Shown one piece after another: positions 35,616 to 44,948 of a stretch of DNA of 64,000 bases. Below the pieces are notes generated by a model. It saw only the letters and a list, made by a program, of their open reading frames with translations, had not been told where the DNA came from and did not search any database. The stretch lies in the IMG/VR virus record IMGVR_UViG_3300045256_000173, one strand, 5' to 3'. Position 1 is the stretch's first letter. Every line of letters starts with the position of its first letter. The position numbers and the translations under genes are program-made. This DNA comes from a virus.

Positions 35616-36469
35616 CACGCCGCCGCCGTCCGGGCGGCCGGGTACTGGTCCCAGGTGCGGCCGTCCAGCTCGCGGCCGTTGGCCTTGGGGGTGCGTCCGC
35701 CCCACTGCTTGAAGAAGAAGGCGGTGCCGGCGGCCTGGCAGCGGTCGCGGAGGTCGCGCACCCAGTCCGGGTTGATGGGTCGGGCGCCGGGGCCGGACTC
35801 GCCGCCGGCGATGAGCCAGTCGATGCCGGTGAGGTCGAGCGACGGGAGCGGGCCGAGGAGCGGTTCGGCGGAGATGAACCGCACGGCGGCCGGGGTGTCG
35901 CGGAGCGCGTCGGCGCGGCGGACGTGGTCGTCGGACTCGATGCTGGTGCCGAGCCACACGTTCGGCAGCGGCCAGTGCCCGGTCAGGATCGCGTCGTGGA
36001 TGCTGTCGGCGTTCTCGCAGCGCTGAGCGCCCCGGTGGGCCACCTCGGCGAGTAGGCCCGGCGTCGCGAAGAACCGCGCCATCCGCTCGGGCCGCTTGGT
36101 GAGCACCTGGTACGTGTGCCGGTCGCTGGTGGCGGCCATGACGCCGAAGACGTCGATGACGAAGTGGCGCGGCACCCGGGCGTGGAACAGGTCCGACATG
36201 GAGTTGACGAACACCGTCCGCGGCTCGCGCCACCGCAGCGGGATCGACAGGGCGTCCGGGTGCACGGCCACGCCGAAGCCGGGGCCGGAGGTGCGCGGGT
36301 CGCCGTCGGTCTGGTACTTCGCCGAGCCCATGCCCTTGAGCCGCTTGGCGAGGGTGAGCGCGTAGCAGTGGTCGCAGCCGGCGGAGATCCGGTCGCAGCC
36401 GGTGGTGGGGTTCCAGACGGCGCCGGTGGTTCCGGGTCGCTGCGTCCATTCGATGGTGGTGTCAGCCAC
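35615..36469 (-). CDS. Phage Gp37/Gp68 (DUF5131) radical-SAM-like protein
   Basis: WNPTTGCDRISAGCDHCYA, FVNSMSDLFH, QVLTKRPER, WLIAGGESG, FFFKQWGG. Confidence 0.93.
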   Translation of the reverse strand: MADTTIEWTQRPGTTGAVWNPTTGCDRISAGCDHCYALTLAKRLKGMGSAKYQTDGDPRTSGPGFGVAVHPDALSIPLRWREPRTVFVNSMSDLFHARVPRHFVIDVFGVMAATSDRHTYQVLTKRPERMARFFATPGLLAEVAHRGAQRCENADSIHDAILTGHWPLPNVWLGTSIESDDHVRRADALRDTPAAVRFISAEPLLGPLPSLDLTGIDWLIAGGESGPGARPINPDWVRDLRDRCQAAGTAFFFKQWGGRTPKANGRELDGRTWDQYPAARTAAA

Positions 36470-36872
36470 GGCAGGCTCCGGTGTTGATGTTGCGGACGGC
36501 GCGGGTGATCGCGGCGGACAGTTCGAGCGCCGCGGCGCCGGTGTGGGTGAGGCCGTCGACGACCACCACGCCTGCCGAGTCGGCGCGGACGATGACGCCG
36601 GACAGGCCGTCGACCGTCGCGGACCGGTACGGCAGGGCCGGGTGCGGGGTCGCGATGATGGTGTCCATGACGAGCCGCTCGGCGGTGGTGTGCTCGGCTC
36701 GCAGCTGGCTGATTTCGGCGCGGAGCTGCTCGACCTCGTCGCAGAGGGCGGGCACGCGGGCGGCGAGCCCGGCGGCGAGGACCGGCCTGGCTTCGGCGCG
36801 GCGGCTGTCGGCGGCGGCCTGCTGGTAGGTGGTGTGGTCGGCGCGGATCGCGGCGATGTCGTTGGTGATCAC
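36462..36872 (-). CDS. Hypothetical protein
   Basis: GTG at 36872 overlapping the RuvC stop; coiled-coil segment. Confidence 0.55.
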   Translation of the reverse strand: MITNDIAAIRADHTTYQQAAADSRRAEARPVLAAGLAARVPALCDEVEQLRAEISQLRAEHTTAERLVMDTIIATPHPALPYRSATVDGLSGVIVRADSAGVVVVDGLTHTGAAALELSAAITRAVRNINTGACRG

Positions 36873-37420
36873 CGGGCCACCGCCGACCAGTTCACCGCGG
36901 TGAGCGCGGCCCGCTGCGCGGCCGGCAGCACCGTAGCGGGGGCACCGAGGTGGTCGAGGCCCATCGCCCGCAGCCACCAAGCGTCGCACTGGTTGTCGTC
37001 GCCGAACTCCTTCCCGGCGCGCTTGAACGCGGCTACGGCCATCTCCGGCTTGCCGGCGTTGCCCTTCCCCGTGGCGTACTTCTTGAGGGAGGCGGGCGTG
37101 ATGAGGACGTACGGCACCTTGAGCCGCAGCAGGTAGGCCCGGACGGCGCCATGGACCATGCCGGTGATACCGGCGCTCTTGGCGTGGGTGGGCAGGTCTT
37201 CGATGACGACCAGGTCGATGTCGCGGCCGTCGACGGCGATGCCGACTTCCTGGCAGATGGTGAGGAGCCGCCGGTCGCCGGTCTCTCGGCCGGCGACGGT
37301 GTAGGTGCTGCCGTCGCACCAGGCGATGCCGGTAGCGGTCATGGAGAGGTCGAGCCCGACGACCCGGGGGGTCGTGGTGGTGGTCTGCATCTCCGTGGGG
37401 GTGGGCAGGGTCGTGGTCAT
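36869..37420 (-). CDS. RuvC-like Holliday junction resolvase
   Basis: VGLDLSMTATG, VIEDL, KKYATGKGNAGK, DDNQCDA. Confidence 0.88.
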   Translation of the reverse strand: MTTTLPTPTEMQTTTTTPRVVGLDLSMTATGIAWCDGSTYTVAGRETGDRRLLTICQEVGIAVDGRDIDLVVIEDLPTHAKSAGITGMVHGAVRAYLLRLKVPYVLITPASLKKYATGKGNAGKPEMAVAAFKRAGKEFGDDNQCDAWWLRAMGLDHLGAPATVLPAAQRAALTAVNWSAVAR

Positions 37421-38043
37421 CGGGTAACCGCCTCGGTGTTGTTGGTGTCGTCGGTGAGGGGTCCGCAATCGCCGAGCAGGGTGTGCCAGGTGACGGGCCG
37501 TCCGGCGCCGCGCTCGCCCTGCCACCACAAGCTGGGGCCGGGCGGGTAGGGGGAGCGGACCCAACGCTGGCCGTGCCGGTCGCGGACGGCGTCCACGTTC
37601 GGCTCCGGCGTTGCCGACCAGGTACCGCCCGGAGCGCTGGCGGACTCCGTGTTACCCGGCATGAGGTCCACCGCCCGCATGAGCGCCATCGACTCGGGGA
37701 GGGACGAGTAGGTCAGGCCTGCCCGCCACGCGGTCGCAGCGTCGATGACCGGCTGCTGCGCGGTGAGCCGTTCCAGCGCCTCGGACAGGCCTGCGGTCAG
37801 CCGCTCGATTTCGACGCGGGCGGCGTCCAGCTCGGTGTTGGTGGTGCCGTCGGGCCACGTCAGGTCGATGCTGGCCTTGCCGATCAGGTCGATGACCTCG
37901 TTGGCGATGCTCGCGTCCAGGTTGGTCTCGACGACGTCGATGTCGTACGCCTGGCCGATGTGAGCCCATACGTCGATGTGGTCGATGTCGCGGGCGTGGC
38001 TGGTCATGAGGTCGGCGGCGATGGCCTTCACGTCGGGGATCAC
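37417..38043 (-). CDS. Hypothetical protein
   Basis: GTG at 38043, coupled; good GC3. Confidence 0.55.
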   Translation of the reverse strand: MIPDVKAIAADLMTSHARDIDHIDVWAHIGQAYDIDVVETNLDASIANEVIDLIGKASIDLTWPDGTTNTELDAARVEIERLTAGLSEALERLTAQQPVIDAATAWRAGLTYSSLPESMALMRAVDLMPGNTESASAPGGTWSATPEPNVDAVRDRHGQRWVRSPYPPGPSLWWQGERGAGRPVTWHTLLGDCGPLTDDTNNTEAVTR

Positions 38044-38603
38044 GCCGACACCCCCGCCGTCTTCTTGGCCTCCTCGGCAGCCTCGCGGGCGGCGTGGAAC
38101 TCCGACAGCTTCCGGGGCGTCCACGTGCACTTGTCCGTGTCGAACCCGCTGTCCGAGGTGCCCGGCTTGGCCGCGTAGCAGGCCCACAGCACTCCGTTGT
38201 GCTCGAACAGGTCCGGTCGGCTGATCGTCCACCCGAACTCCTTCGCCCGGGGCAGCCAGCAGGATCGGGGCAGGCCGTGCTTCTCCATCACGGCGCGGAC
38301 GTCGACCGGCTGGTGCTCGGCGAGCCACTTGCGGGCTGCCTCGCCCGGTTTGCCGGGGCGCGGTTCGAGGTTGCCGCGCACCACACGCCAGCCGTCGGGG
38401 ATGTGGTCGCCCTGCTGCTCGATCGCCGTGATGCTCCGGCTGTGACCGCCGAACCCGGAGTCGCGGACGAACACTCGCGGGCCCGCGCCGAGGGTCTTCA
38501 CGTCGGCGGCGATCTTCTTGCCCATCTCGGCGCGGGCGGCAAGGGCCTGCAGGTAGGTGTTCACGGTGTTCGGGTCGTCGGTGGAGTAAGCGTGATCGGT
38601 CAT
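38040..38603 (-). CDS. Hypothetical protein
   Basis: ATG at 38603 with GAGGAG RBS. Confidence 0.6.
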   Translation of the reverse strand: MTDHAYSTDDPNTVNTYLQALAARAEMGKKIAADVKTLGAGPRVFVRDSGFGGHSRSITAIEQQGDHIPDGWRVVRGNLEPRPGKPGEAARKWLAEHQPVDVRAVMEKHGLPRSCWLPRAKEFGWTISRPDLFEHNGVLWACYAAKPGTSDSGFDTDKCTWTPRKLSEFHAAREAAEEAKKTAGVSA

Positions 38604-38614
38604 GGGGGTCCTCC

Positions 38615-38950
38615 TCAGAAGTCGTGGATGCAGTGCTGGCAGAACGTGATGCCGCTGGGCCGGCTCGTTAGCGAGCGCAGCAGCATCCACACGGCGGACG
38701 GGCGGCCCTTCGCGTACCAGGGGACGTCCCGCATCAACTCGCGCGGCGGGTCCATCGGGTCGAGCAGGTCTTTCCACGTCAGTCGGAGCACCTGCCGGAT
38801 GTACTCCAGCCAGAGGTTCAGGGCCGAGGGATAGACGTGGCCGCACTCGAAGCAGACGATGTACGCCTTGTCGGCGGGCTCGTCCACGTGGTGGCTGTGG
38901 CAGTGCAGGCTCGCGCACGCGTCGGTGATCTCGTGCTGCACGAGCTTCAT
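38615..38950 (-). CDS. Cys/His-rich hypothetical protein
   Basis: CASLHCHSHH, CFECGH, CQHCIHDF. Confidence 0.6.
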   Translation of the reverse strand: MKLVQHEITDACASLHCHSHHVDEPADKAYIVCFECGHVYPSALNLWLEYIRQVLRLTWKDLLDPMDPPRELMRDVPWYAKGRPSAVWMLLRSLTSRPSGITFCQHCIHDF

Positions 38951-39642
38951 GCCCCCACCTCCGCCCGCTCGGCGGCCGGCGCTGACATGGTCTTGTCCTG
39001 CGAGCGTCGACGTTGCTCACGTACGCGCTGGCATGTACGGCACGCTCTGTTGCCGTTGGGGCGCCACCGTGTGTTCTCTTCGTCGAATAGATGGCCGCGG
39101 GGACAGTGGGTCTTCGAGCGAGGAACCACCGGCCGGCCCTGACGGGCGCTGTGCGCTGCCCGAGTGCGGTCCGTCCTGCACGTTTGGCAGTGCCGAGCCC
39201 CCCTCGCGTCAACGTAGGTGTTGGTCGAGTCGAACGGGTGCCCCTTGCTGCAATGGGTCTTCCTGCTGTTGATCGCAGAAGGGGTGTTGCGGGAGGCGTG
39301 CGTGTTCGCGGCGCTCGTTGCCAACACGAGATGAGCCGGGTTGACGCACCGCCGGTGCAGGCAGTCCTTGCCGCCGATGCAGTCGGCGTCCTGGTTGTGG
39401 CAGGCGTGATCCACGGTCATGTCCGCCGGGATCGGCCCGTTCCAGAGCGCGTAGGAAACCCTGCGGGTCGCGTACTTGTGGCCCCGAATGCGGATCTGCG
39501 TGTATCCGTTCCACTCCACGCGCTTCTGCCAGATCCAGCAGCCGGATTCGTTCTGCACGATGTTGGCCCGAATCCGCGCTGCGGGAGGCTCCGCCCGTCG
39601 ACCAATTCCGGTCAGCATCTCCGCAGACAATGCGATGCTCAT
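38947..39642 (-). CDS. HNH homing endonuclease with two C-terminal Zn-ribbon repeats
   Basis: GCWIW, VDHAC...CVNPAHL; two KTHC-x-x-GH-x-FD-x-x-NT...C-x-TC units. Confidence 0.88.
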   Translation of the reverse strand: MSIALSAEMLTGIGRRAEPPAARIRANIVQNESGCWIWQKRVEWNGYTQIRIRGHKYATRRVSYALWNGPIPADMTVDHACHNQDADCIGGKDCLHRRCVNPAHLVLATSAANTHASRNTPSAINSRKTHCSKGHPFDSTNTYVDARGARHCQTCRTDRTRAAHSARQGRPVVPRSKTHCPRGHLFDEENTRWRPNGNRACRTCQRVREQRRRSQDKTMSAPAAERAEVGA

Positions 39643-40553
39643 GCCGCGGCCCTCACCTGCTCGCTGGCCAACTCAGGCAGGGGACGCAGCGGCCAGCAGG
39701 TGCTGATGTCGGCAGCACGGCGCCGCAGGTCCTCCGCGTCCGCCAGCCGGGTGTCCCGGTCGGCGTCGTCCGACGCCCGCTCGGCGAGGTGCTCCAACTC
39801 GTTGGCCTGCTTCATCCAGTAGGCGGCCAGCCCTTCGGCCTGGGTGGCGTACCAGCCGACCTGCGCGGCGTGCAGCTCGGCGAGGCTCATGCCGGCCAAA
39901 GACTGGAAGGTCTCGGCGATCCGCGACGGGTACTTCCGGTCGGCGTACAGCTGGGTCAGCCGCTCCGTCGGCATCTGCGCGCGTTGGGCCAGTCGGAACA
40001 CCACTCGGCACGCCGCGAGCGCGTCGAACGTCGCGTCGTGCGCCCCGTCCAGACGGACGTTGTACGTCTCGCACAGCGCCGTCAGACTCCGCTTCCCCGG
40101 CCGGTACCGGTCCACCGCCTTGTCCAGGCACATCGGATCGATCACCGGGGCGACAAGCCGGCCACCGAGACGCTCATGCAGCGATGTCAGGCCGTGGCGG
40201 ACCAGTTCGTGGCTCAGGATCGACAGGTCGTACGGCGCGTTGGCGATCACCACCGGGATACCCGCCTGAAAGGCGCTGGCCAGGTCACGGGCAATCCACT
40301 CCAGCTCGCCCGCGGGCGGCTTGCCCTCGGCCTGCACCCGCTCGGTCGTGTAGCCGTGCACCTCGGCGGCGGCGTCGGGCACCGGCACGCCGGGGTTGAT
40401 GACGGTTGACCGGATGTCGGTGGCGGCCTTCCCGCCGTGCGGGTTGGGGGTGATGGCCACGAGGGTGGCGGTGACGATGCGGTCGGATTCGACGGCAACG
40501 CCGGTGCTCTCCACGTCGAAGCCCAGCATCGGGCCGAAGGTCGTCCAGCTCAT
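39639..40553 (-). CDS. DEDDh 3'-5' exonuclease (DnaQ-like)
   Basis: GFDVESTG, ANAPYDL, IDPMCLD, HDATFDA. Confidence 0.92.
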   Translation of the reverse strand: MSWTTFGPMLGFDVESTGVAVESDRIVTATLVAITPNPHGGKAATDIRSTVINPGVPVPDAAAEVHGYTTERVQAEGKPPAGELEWIARDLASAFQAGIPVVIANAPYDLSILSHELVRHGLTSLHERLGGRLVAPVIDPMCLDKAVDRYRPGKRSLTALCETYNVRLDGAHDATFDALAACRVVFRLAQRAQMPTERLTQLYADRKYPSRIAETFQSLAGMSLAELHAAQVGWYATQAEGLAAYWMKQANELEHLAERASDDADRDTRLADAEDLRRRAADISTCWPLRPLPELASEQVRAAA

Positions 40554-41098
40554 CAGATCGTCCACTCCGGCGTTGTGTCGTACGCAGCGTCGTGCTCGGC
40601 GCGGATCTGCTCGCAGCGGCAGTCCCCGGAGCCGGTCCGGGCGGGGCAGGCCGACCAGTGCCGGGCACGCTCCGCGAGCGCCTCCACCTCGGCCGGCTCC
40701 GTGGGCAGGTCCGCGATGAGCGCCCGGTACAGACGAGTGCCGCGCAGCCAGCCCTCCGGGTCGCGGATCATCCGGTCGGAGTGTTCGTCGAACGCGTCCA
40801 GCGCGGAGTCGGACATCATGTCCAGCTCACTGAAGGTCCGACGGCCCAGCACCGGCTTCCCGCTGTCCTCGCCCACCACGTCCCGGTAGGCCGGCCTGGT
40901 CATCACGGCGATCTCGCCGCCTGCGTAGAAGAACGCGAGGGTGGCAGCGCGGCGCATCAGGAACCGGGCGGCGTTGTGTCGCCACTCCGGGTCCATGTCA
41001 GCGACGCGGATGGGTTGGCGGGGCTTCTTCGGCACCCACCACTCGCCCTGGTTGAGGTACCCGTAGTAGGCGATCTCCTGGTCCAGGTTGGTAGTCAC
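40553..41098 (-). CDS. Hypothetical protein
   Basis: GTG at 41098, coupled; HWSACPA...CRC C-terminus. Confidence 0.6.
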   Translation of the reverse strand: MTTNLDQEIAYYGYLNQGEWWVPKKPRQPIRVADMDPEWRHNAARFLMRRAATLAFFYAGGEIAVMTRPAYRDVVGEDSGKPVLGRRTFSELDMMSDSALDAFDEHSDRMIRDPEGWLRGTRLYRALIADLPTEPAEVEALAERARHWSACPARTGSGDCRCEQIRAEHDAAYDTTPEWTI

Positions 41099-42351
41099 GC
41101 GATCACCCCGTCCTTGACTTCCTGGAGGAACGTCTGCATCTGCCAGCCGTTGATCTCGTCGGACGGCTTGTCGAACCGGGCGGTGATCCGCTGCTCCAGC
41201 GCGTCGCTGTCCCACTGCTTCTTCCCGGCGGCGGACAGGACCTGCATCCACAGCGCGTCGGTGTCCGGCTCGTCGACGTCCGGCTCGTCGACCTCGCCGA
41301 GGCTGGCCTCCGGGGTCCGCTCGGTGGCGTCGGCGGCGGGCGGGGCGCTGGTCGGCTTGACCTTCTCCAGCTCCGCCTTCCGGCCGAGCCACGCCTTCCG
41401 GACCGCCTCGTCGTCCAGGCCGGCGGCCTTGAAGTCGGCGGCGGCGGAGTCGAGCTGCTGCCGGTTCAGGCAGGCGGCGATCATCCGGAGCGCCTGCACC
41501 TTGGTGACGCGCGGCGCGCTGTCGGCGGCCGGCGTCGCCGCGGGCCGCCCGCTGGCCGCCTGGGCGGGCTGCTCCGGCGCGGCGCCGATCGCCTGCCGCT
41601 CAGCCCCGCCGACGGCCTGCTGGCGGGGGCCACCGTTGATGGCCATCGCCGGCACCTCACCGGCGAGGATCTGCTGCGCGGTCGCCCCCCGCAGCCCGAC
41701 AGAAATCGCGATGAACTGCTTCGTCTTCCCGTTCGCCACCCGTGTCCGCGGCTCGATCCGCAACGCGATCGGCACCACCAGCGACGGGTCCACCCGCGAC
41801 TTGATCAGGTCCACCATCGCGGGGATCTCGTTGGCCGAGTAGAAGCCGTGCGACTCCATCCGCCACAACCCCACGTCGGGCAGCTCCGGCACGATCAGAC
41901 CCAGCCGGGTGTGCGGCCGGCACACCCGGGTCGGCGGCTCCAGGTAGAACTTGTCGCCGAACGCCGCCAGGCACACGCACGGCTTCTTCGACAGCTGCTC
42001 GGTCTCCCCGTCGCAGCGCTTCTGGCAGCCGCCGGACGACCACATCTCGTACGACTGGGACAGCGGGTCACCCGGGGGCAGGAGCGCGTCGATGGTGTTG
42101 GTGTCGGTGACGACCCGCCACTGCTCGGCGCCGTTGCCTTGCGGCTTCCACCGTTCGGCGGTGCCGCCGTACAGCTCGGCGGCGGCTTCGATGTAGTCGC
42201 GGGTGGGGGAGGTGAGTAGCCACGTCTTCGACTTGACGGGGCGGGTCTTCTCCTTGTTCGCCCGCTGGTCGAAGTACGTCTCGGTCCATCCGGCGCGGAG
42301 CCGGCCGAGTTCGCGGAGGCTCCGCTGCAGGGTCAGGATGCGTCCAGCCAT
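41095..42351 (-). CDS. Phage recombination protein (Gp3-like / recombination-directionality-factor-like family)
   Basis: RELGRLRAG...W..TSP, CQKRCDGETE, CRPHTRL..GLWRMESHGFYSANE. Confidence 0.7.
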   Translation of the reverse strand: MAGRILTLQRSLRELGRLRAGWTETYFDQRANKEKTRPVKSKTWLLTSPTRDYIEAAAELYGGTAERWKPQGNGAEQWRVVTDTNTIDALLPPGDPLSQSYEMWSSGGCQKRCDGETEQLSKKPCVCLAAFGDKFYLEPPTRVCRPHTRLGLIVPELPDVGLWRMESHGFYSANEIPAMVDLIKSRVDPSLVVPIALRIEPRTRVANGKTKQFIAISVGLRGATAQQILAGEVPAMAINGGPRQQAVGGAERQAIGAAPEQPAQAASGRPAATPAADSAPRVTKVQALRMIAACLNRQQLDSAAADFKAAGLDDEAVRKAWLGRKAELEKVKPTSAPPAADATERTPEASLGEVDEPDVDEPDTDALWMQVLSAAGKKQWDSDALEQRITARFDKPSDEINGWQMQTFLQEVKDGVIA

Positions 42352-42354
42352 CAG

Positions 42355-42843
42355 TCAGGATGCCTTTCGGGTGCGGGAGCGGGCGCGCTCGCGGGCGCAG
42401 GTCCGGCAGTGCCGAGATGCGCCGGGCGCGTCAGCCCAGACGTAGGTGTTTTCGGGGGTGTACTCGTGACCCTGCGGGCAGTGGGTCTTCGCTGCGTTCT
42501 GCGCGGCGATGGCAACCGTGCTGCGGTGGGTGTTATCTCGCGCCGAAACGGGCTCCAGGTGGAGCGGGTTGACGCATCGGCGGTGGAGGCAGGAGTCCCC
42601 GCCGGAGCAGGAGCTGTCGCGGGTGTGGCATAGGTGGTCGAGATTCATGCCTTCGGGGATGGGCCCGATGGCGAGCTCGTAGGCCACCCGGTGCGCGCGC
42701 TTCATGCGGCCGCCGACGTAGATCTGCCCGTAGCCCTTTGGGATGACGTGCCCCTTCCACGTCCAGCAGGTGAGCCAGGACGCAGGCACGTCGACCTTCG
42801 AGAGGAGCCGATCGAGGACAGGGCGGCGGGGAAGTTGGTGCAT
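42355..42843 (-). CDS. HNH homing endonuclease
   Basis: CWTWKG..IPKGYG, AHRVAYEL, LDHLC...CVNPLHLEPVS..DN, KTHCPQGHEYTPENT. Confidence 0.92.
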   Translation of the reverse strand: MHQLPRRPVLDRLLSKVDVPASWLTCWTWKGHVIPKGYGQIYVGGRMKRAHRVAYELAIGPIPEGMNLDHLCHTRDSSCSGGDSCLHRRCVNPLHLEPVSARDNTHRSTVAIAAQNAAKTHCPQGHEYTPENTYVWADAPGASRHCRTCARERARSRTRKAS

Positions 42844-44021
42844 CAGAATGGGATCCCGTCGTCGTTGGCGGAGCCCGGCACCGGGGCGGGCTCGCGGCCG
42901 ACGCCGAGCGCGTCAGCCGCGGTCGCGGTACGCCGCCCTGCGGCCGGGGCTCGGCGGGTGGTGGCCGCCTTGTTGATCGGGAAGCCGTCGCCCGCGGGGG
43001 TCGGCCGGGCGGTGGTGGTCTTGCCGGCGGCGCGCTTCTCGCGGGCCTTCCGGTTCCGCTTGTCCCGCTGGTAGTCCTCCGGCAGCGGGAACGTCCGCAC
43101 CTGGAACGCCTTCTCGCCGACCTCCTCCAGCCACTGCCACACCCCGAGGAGCTTGAGGAACGCCTCGTACGTGGCGTCGTCGGCGAGGACCGGCCGGAAC
43201 GTGTATCCGTCGGGGCGTAGCTGCAGGATCGCCGCGCCGTCGGTCGGCGGGAGCGGGTGTTCGGTGCCGTCGCGCAGCAGCATCACCTCGCCGCGCCGGT
43301 AGGGAGCGAGCTGCAGCGGGTGGTCGACGTACAGCTGCGCGCCTTCGCCCTCGCGGGTCTTCCCGTCGACGGTGACGACCACGTCGGAGCCGACGTGCCC
43401 GAGGCGGGCGCAGAAGTCATCGGCCAGTTCGGTGCGGCCCCACGAGATGCGCAGCTGCCCGTCCAACGTGCCACCCCACCCGTGGGTGTGGTTGAGGATC
43501 GTCGACTCGGCCATCTCCCACGAGTCGGGGGTGAGCCCGTAGTCGGCGACGAACGTCCGGAACGCGGTCACGTACGGGGTCAGGTCGTCCGCATGGTCGG
43601 GCATGATCCCGCCGGACAGCACCCACTCCTTGATGAGGGCGTGGACGCGGGTGCCTTCGTCGGCGCGGCGCTGCGACTCGACCCAGTGACGGTTCTTGAG
43701 TTCGGCGTGGACGCAGTCCTTGCAGTTCCGACACGGGCAGGCGTCGCAGCGCATTCGCCAGTCGTGCTCGCATCGGTTGCGGGTGTTGCCGCAGGCCTTG
43801 GTGCGGGACGCGGCGACGATGCGGGGGAGCTGCGCGAACGTGTGGTCGGCGGTGAGGCCAGCGGACCAGCGGACGAGGGCTTCCTTGCCGAGGTTGTCGA
43901 GGACGGTGGAGACGCGCACGTACTGCCGGCCGGTGCCGGGATGGGTGTAGAACTTGCCGTCGGGTTCGACGGGGCCGGTGTACAGCTGCCGCCAGGTGCG
44001 CTCGGCGGTGGGGGCGCTCAC
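42843..44021 (-). CDS. PD-(D/E)XK (Cas4/RecB-like) exonuclease
   Basis: YVRVSTVL, GTRVH, GWGGTLDG, VDGKT, LQLAPY. Confidence 0.82.
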   Translation of the reverse strand: MSAPTAERTWRQLYTGPVEPDGKFYTHPGTGRQYVRVSTVLDNLGKEALVRWSAGLTADHTFAQLPRIVAASRTKACGNTRNRCEHDWRMRCDACPCRNCKDCVHAELKNRHWVESQRRADEGTRVHALIKEWVLSGGIMPDHADDLTPYVTAFRTFVADYGLTPDSWEMAESTILNHTHGWGGTLDGQLRISWGRTELADDFCARLGHVGSDVVVTVDGKTREGEGAQLYVDHPLQLAPYRRGEVMLLRDGTEHPLPPTDGAAILQLRPDGYTFRPVLADDATYEAFLKLLGVWQWLEEVGEKAFQVRTFPLPEDYQRDKRNRKAREKRAAGKTTTARPTPAGDGFPINKAATTRRAPAAGRRTATAADALGVGREPAPVPGSANDDGIPF

Positions 44022-44176
44022 CGGTCGGCCGCCCGCTCGAATGCGGCGTCGGCGGCGATGAAGCAGGCGAGGCACTCGGCGGTGGTGGACGGGAGGCCGC
44101 AGATGACGCAGCTGGTCCCCCTGGCCTGGGCCTCGACCGCCTGTGGTGGGGTGGGCACCTCGGTGGTCACGGTCAT
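44018..44176 (-). CDS. Small Zn-finger protein
   Basis: Manually read 52 aa with CVICG...CLAC; GGGGAG RBS. Confidence 0.55.
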   Translation of the reverse strand: MTVTTEVPTPPQAVEAQARGTSCVICGLPSTTAECLACFIAADAAFERAADR

Positions 44177-44180
44177 GTCG

Positions 44181-44597
44181 TCACTCCCCGTCCGGCTCGC
44201 GGTTGGCGATGCTGATCTGCTGCGCTTCGTGGACCAGCCCGCAGAAAAGGCGGGCCGCCTCCAGCTCGTCTCGTGCGGCCTCGTACGACGACTGCCCGTA
44301 GGTGCCGAGGTCGATCAGCCGCTTGGTGTGGTCGAGGCCCCGCCCGGCGTTGGCGATGCGCACCTGCGCCCGGTGCTCGGCGACCCGCAGGTCGGCGTCG
44401 GACAAGGTGGCGAGGTAGGCGCGGAGGGCGACGGCGATCAGGTCGCCGGCCAGAGCGCGGGTCTGCGCGGCGTTCTCTGCGGCGGCGCGGTCGTCCAGCT
44501 CCTGCTGGCACATGGCGCACAGGCCCGGCTTGCCGATGGCGGTGCCGCAGATGACGCAGCGGTAGTCCGCCGCGGTCGCCGTCTCGGTGGTGCTCAT
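44181..44597 (-). CDS. Hypothetical protein with Zn finger
   Basis: CVICG...CAMC; first gene downstream of the divergent promoter region. Confidence 0.6.
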   Translation of the reverse strand: MSTTETATAADYRCVICGTAIGKPGLCAMCQQELDDRAAAENAAQTRALAGDLIAVALRAYLATLSDADLRVAEHRAQVRIANAGRGLDHTKRLIDLGTYGQSSYEAARDELEAARLFCGLVHEAQQISIANREPDGE

Positions 44598-44623
44598 CGA
44601 TTGATCAGCTCCCGAACTAGTGA

Positions 44624-44700
44624 CGTACAACGGGCCGTGCATTACACTCACATCTTATGTACATCACGACTCATTGTACAAGTAGCCTGCAAGCTAGAAT
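44624..44700. promoter_or_regulatory. Divergent promoter region with TGTACA palindromic operators
   Basis: TGTACA at 44658-44663 and 44675-44680, CGTACA at 44624-44629; TAGAAT at 44695-44700, 7 nt before an ATG (leaderless). Confidence 0.65.
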
Positions 44701-44707
44701 CGCCGCC

Positions 44708-44941
44708 ATGGACATCGGGAACGAAGACCTGCCGATCTCCGAGGCGCGCGCCAACATCACTGAGGTGCTCGCCTCGGTACGACTGCTACGCCGCTGCGTC
44801 TTCCTGCTCAGCAGGGAAAAGCCCATCGCCGCCGTCGTGCCGGTGGAGCTGGGCCGACTCGTGCGCCGGGCGGGCGGCCCTGACAAGGCGGCCGAAATCC
44901 TCGCCGAGCACCTAGGCGACCCGGACCCCGACGACACCTGA
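44708..44941 (+). CDS. Phd/YefM-family antitoxin-like regulator, no linked toxin
   Basis: LPISEARANITEVLASV...VFLLSREKPIAAVVP matches the Phd/YefM DNA-binding domain. Confidence 0.8.
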   Translation: MDIGNEDLPISEARANITEVLASVRLLRRCVFLLSREKPIAAVVPVELGRLVRRAGGPDKAAEILAEHLGDPDPDDT

Positions 44942-44948
44942 CGCCCGC

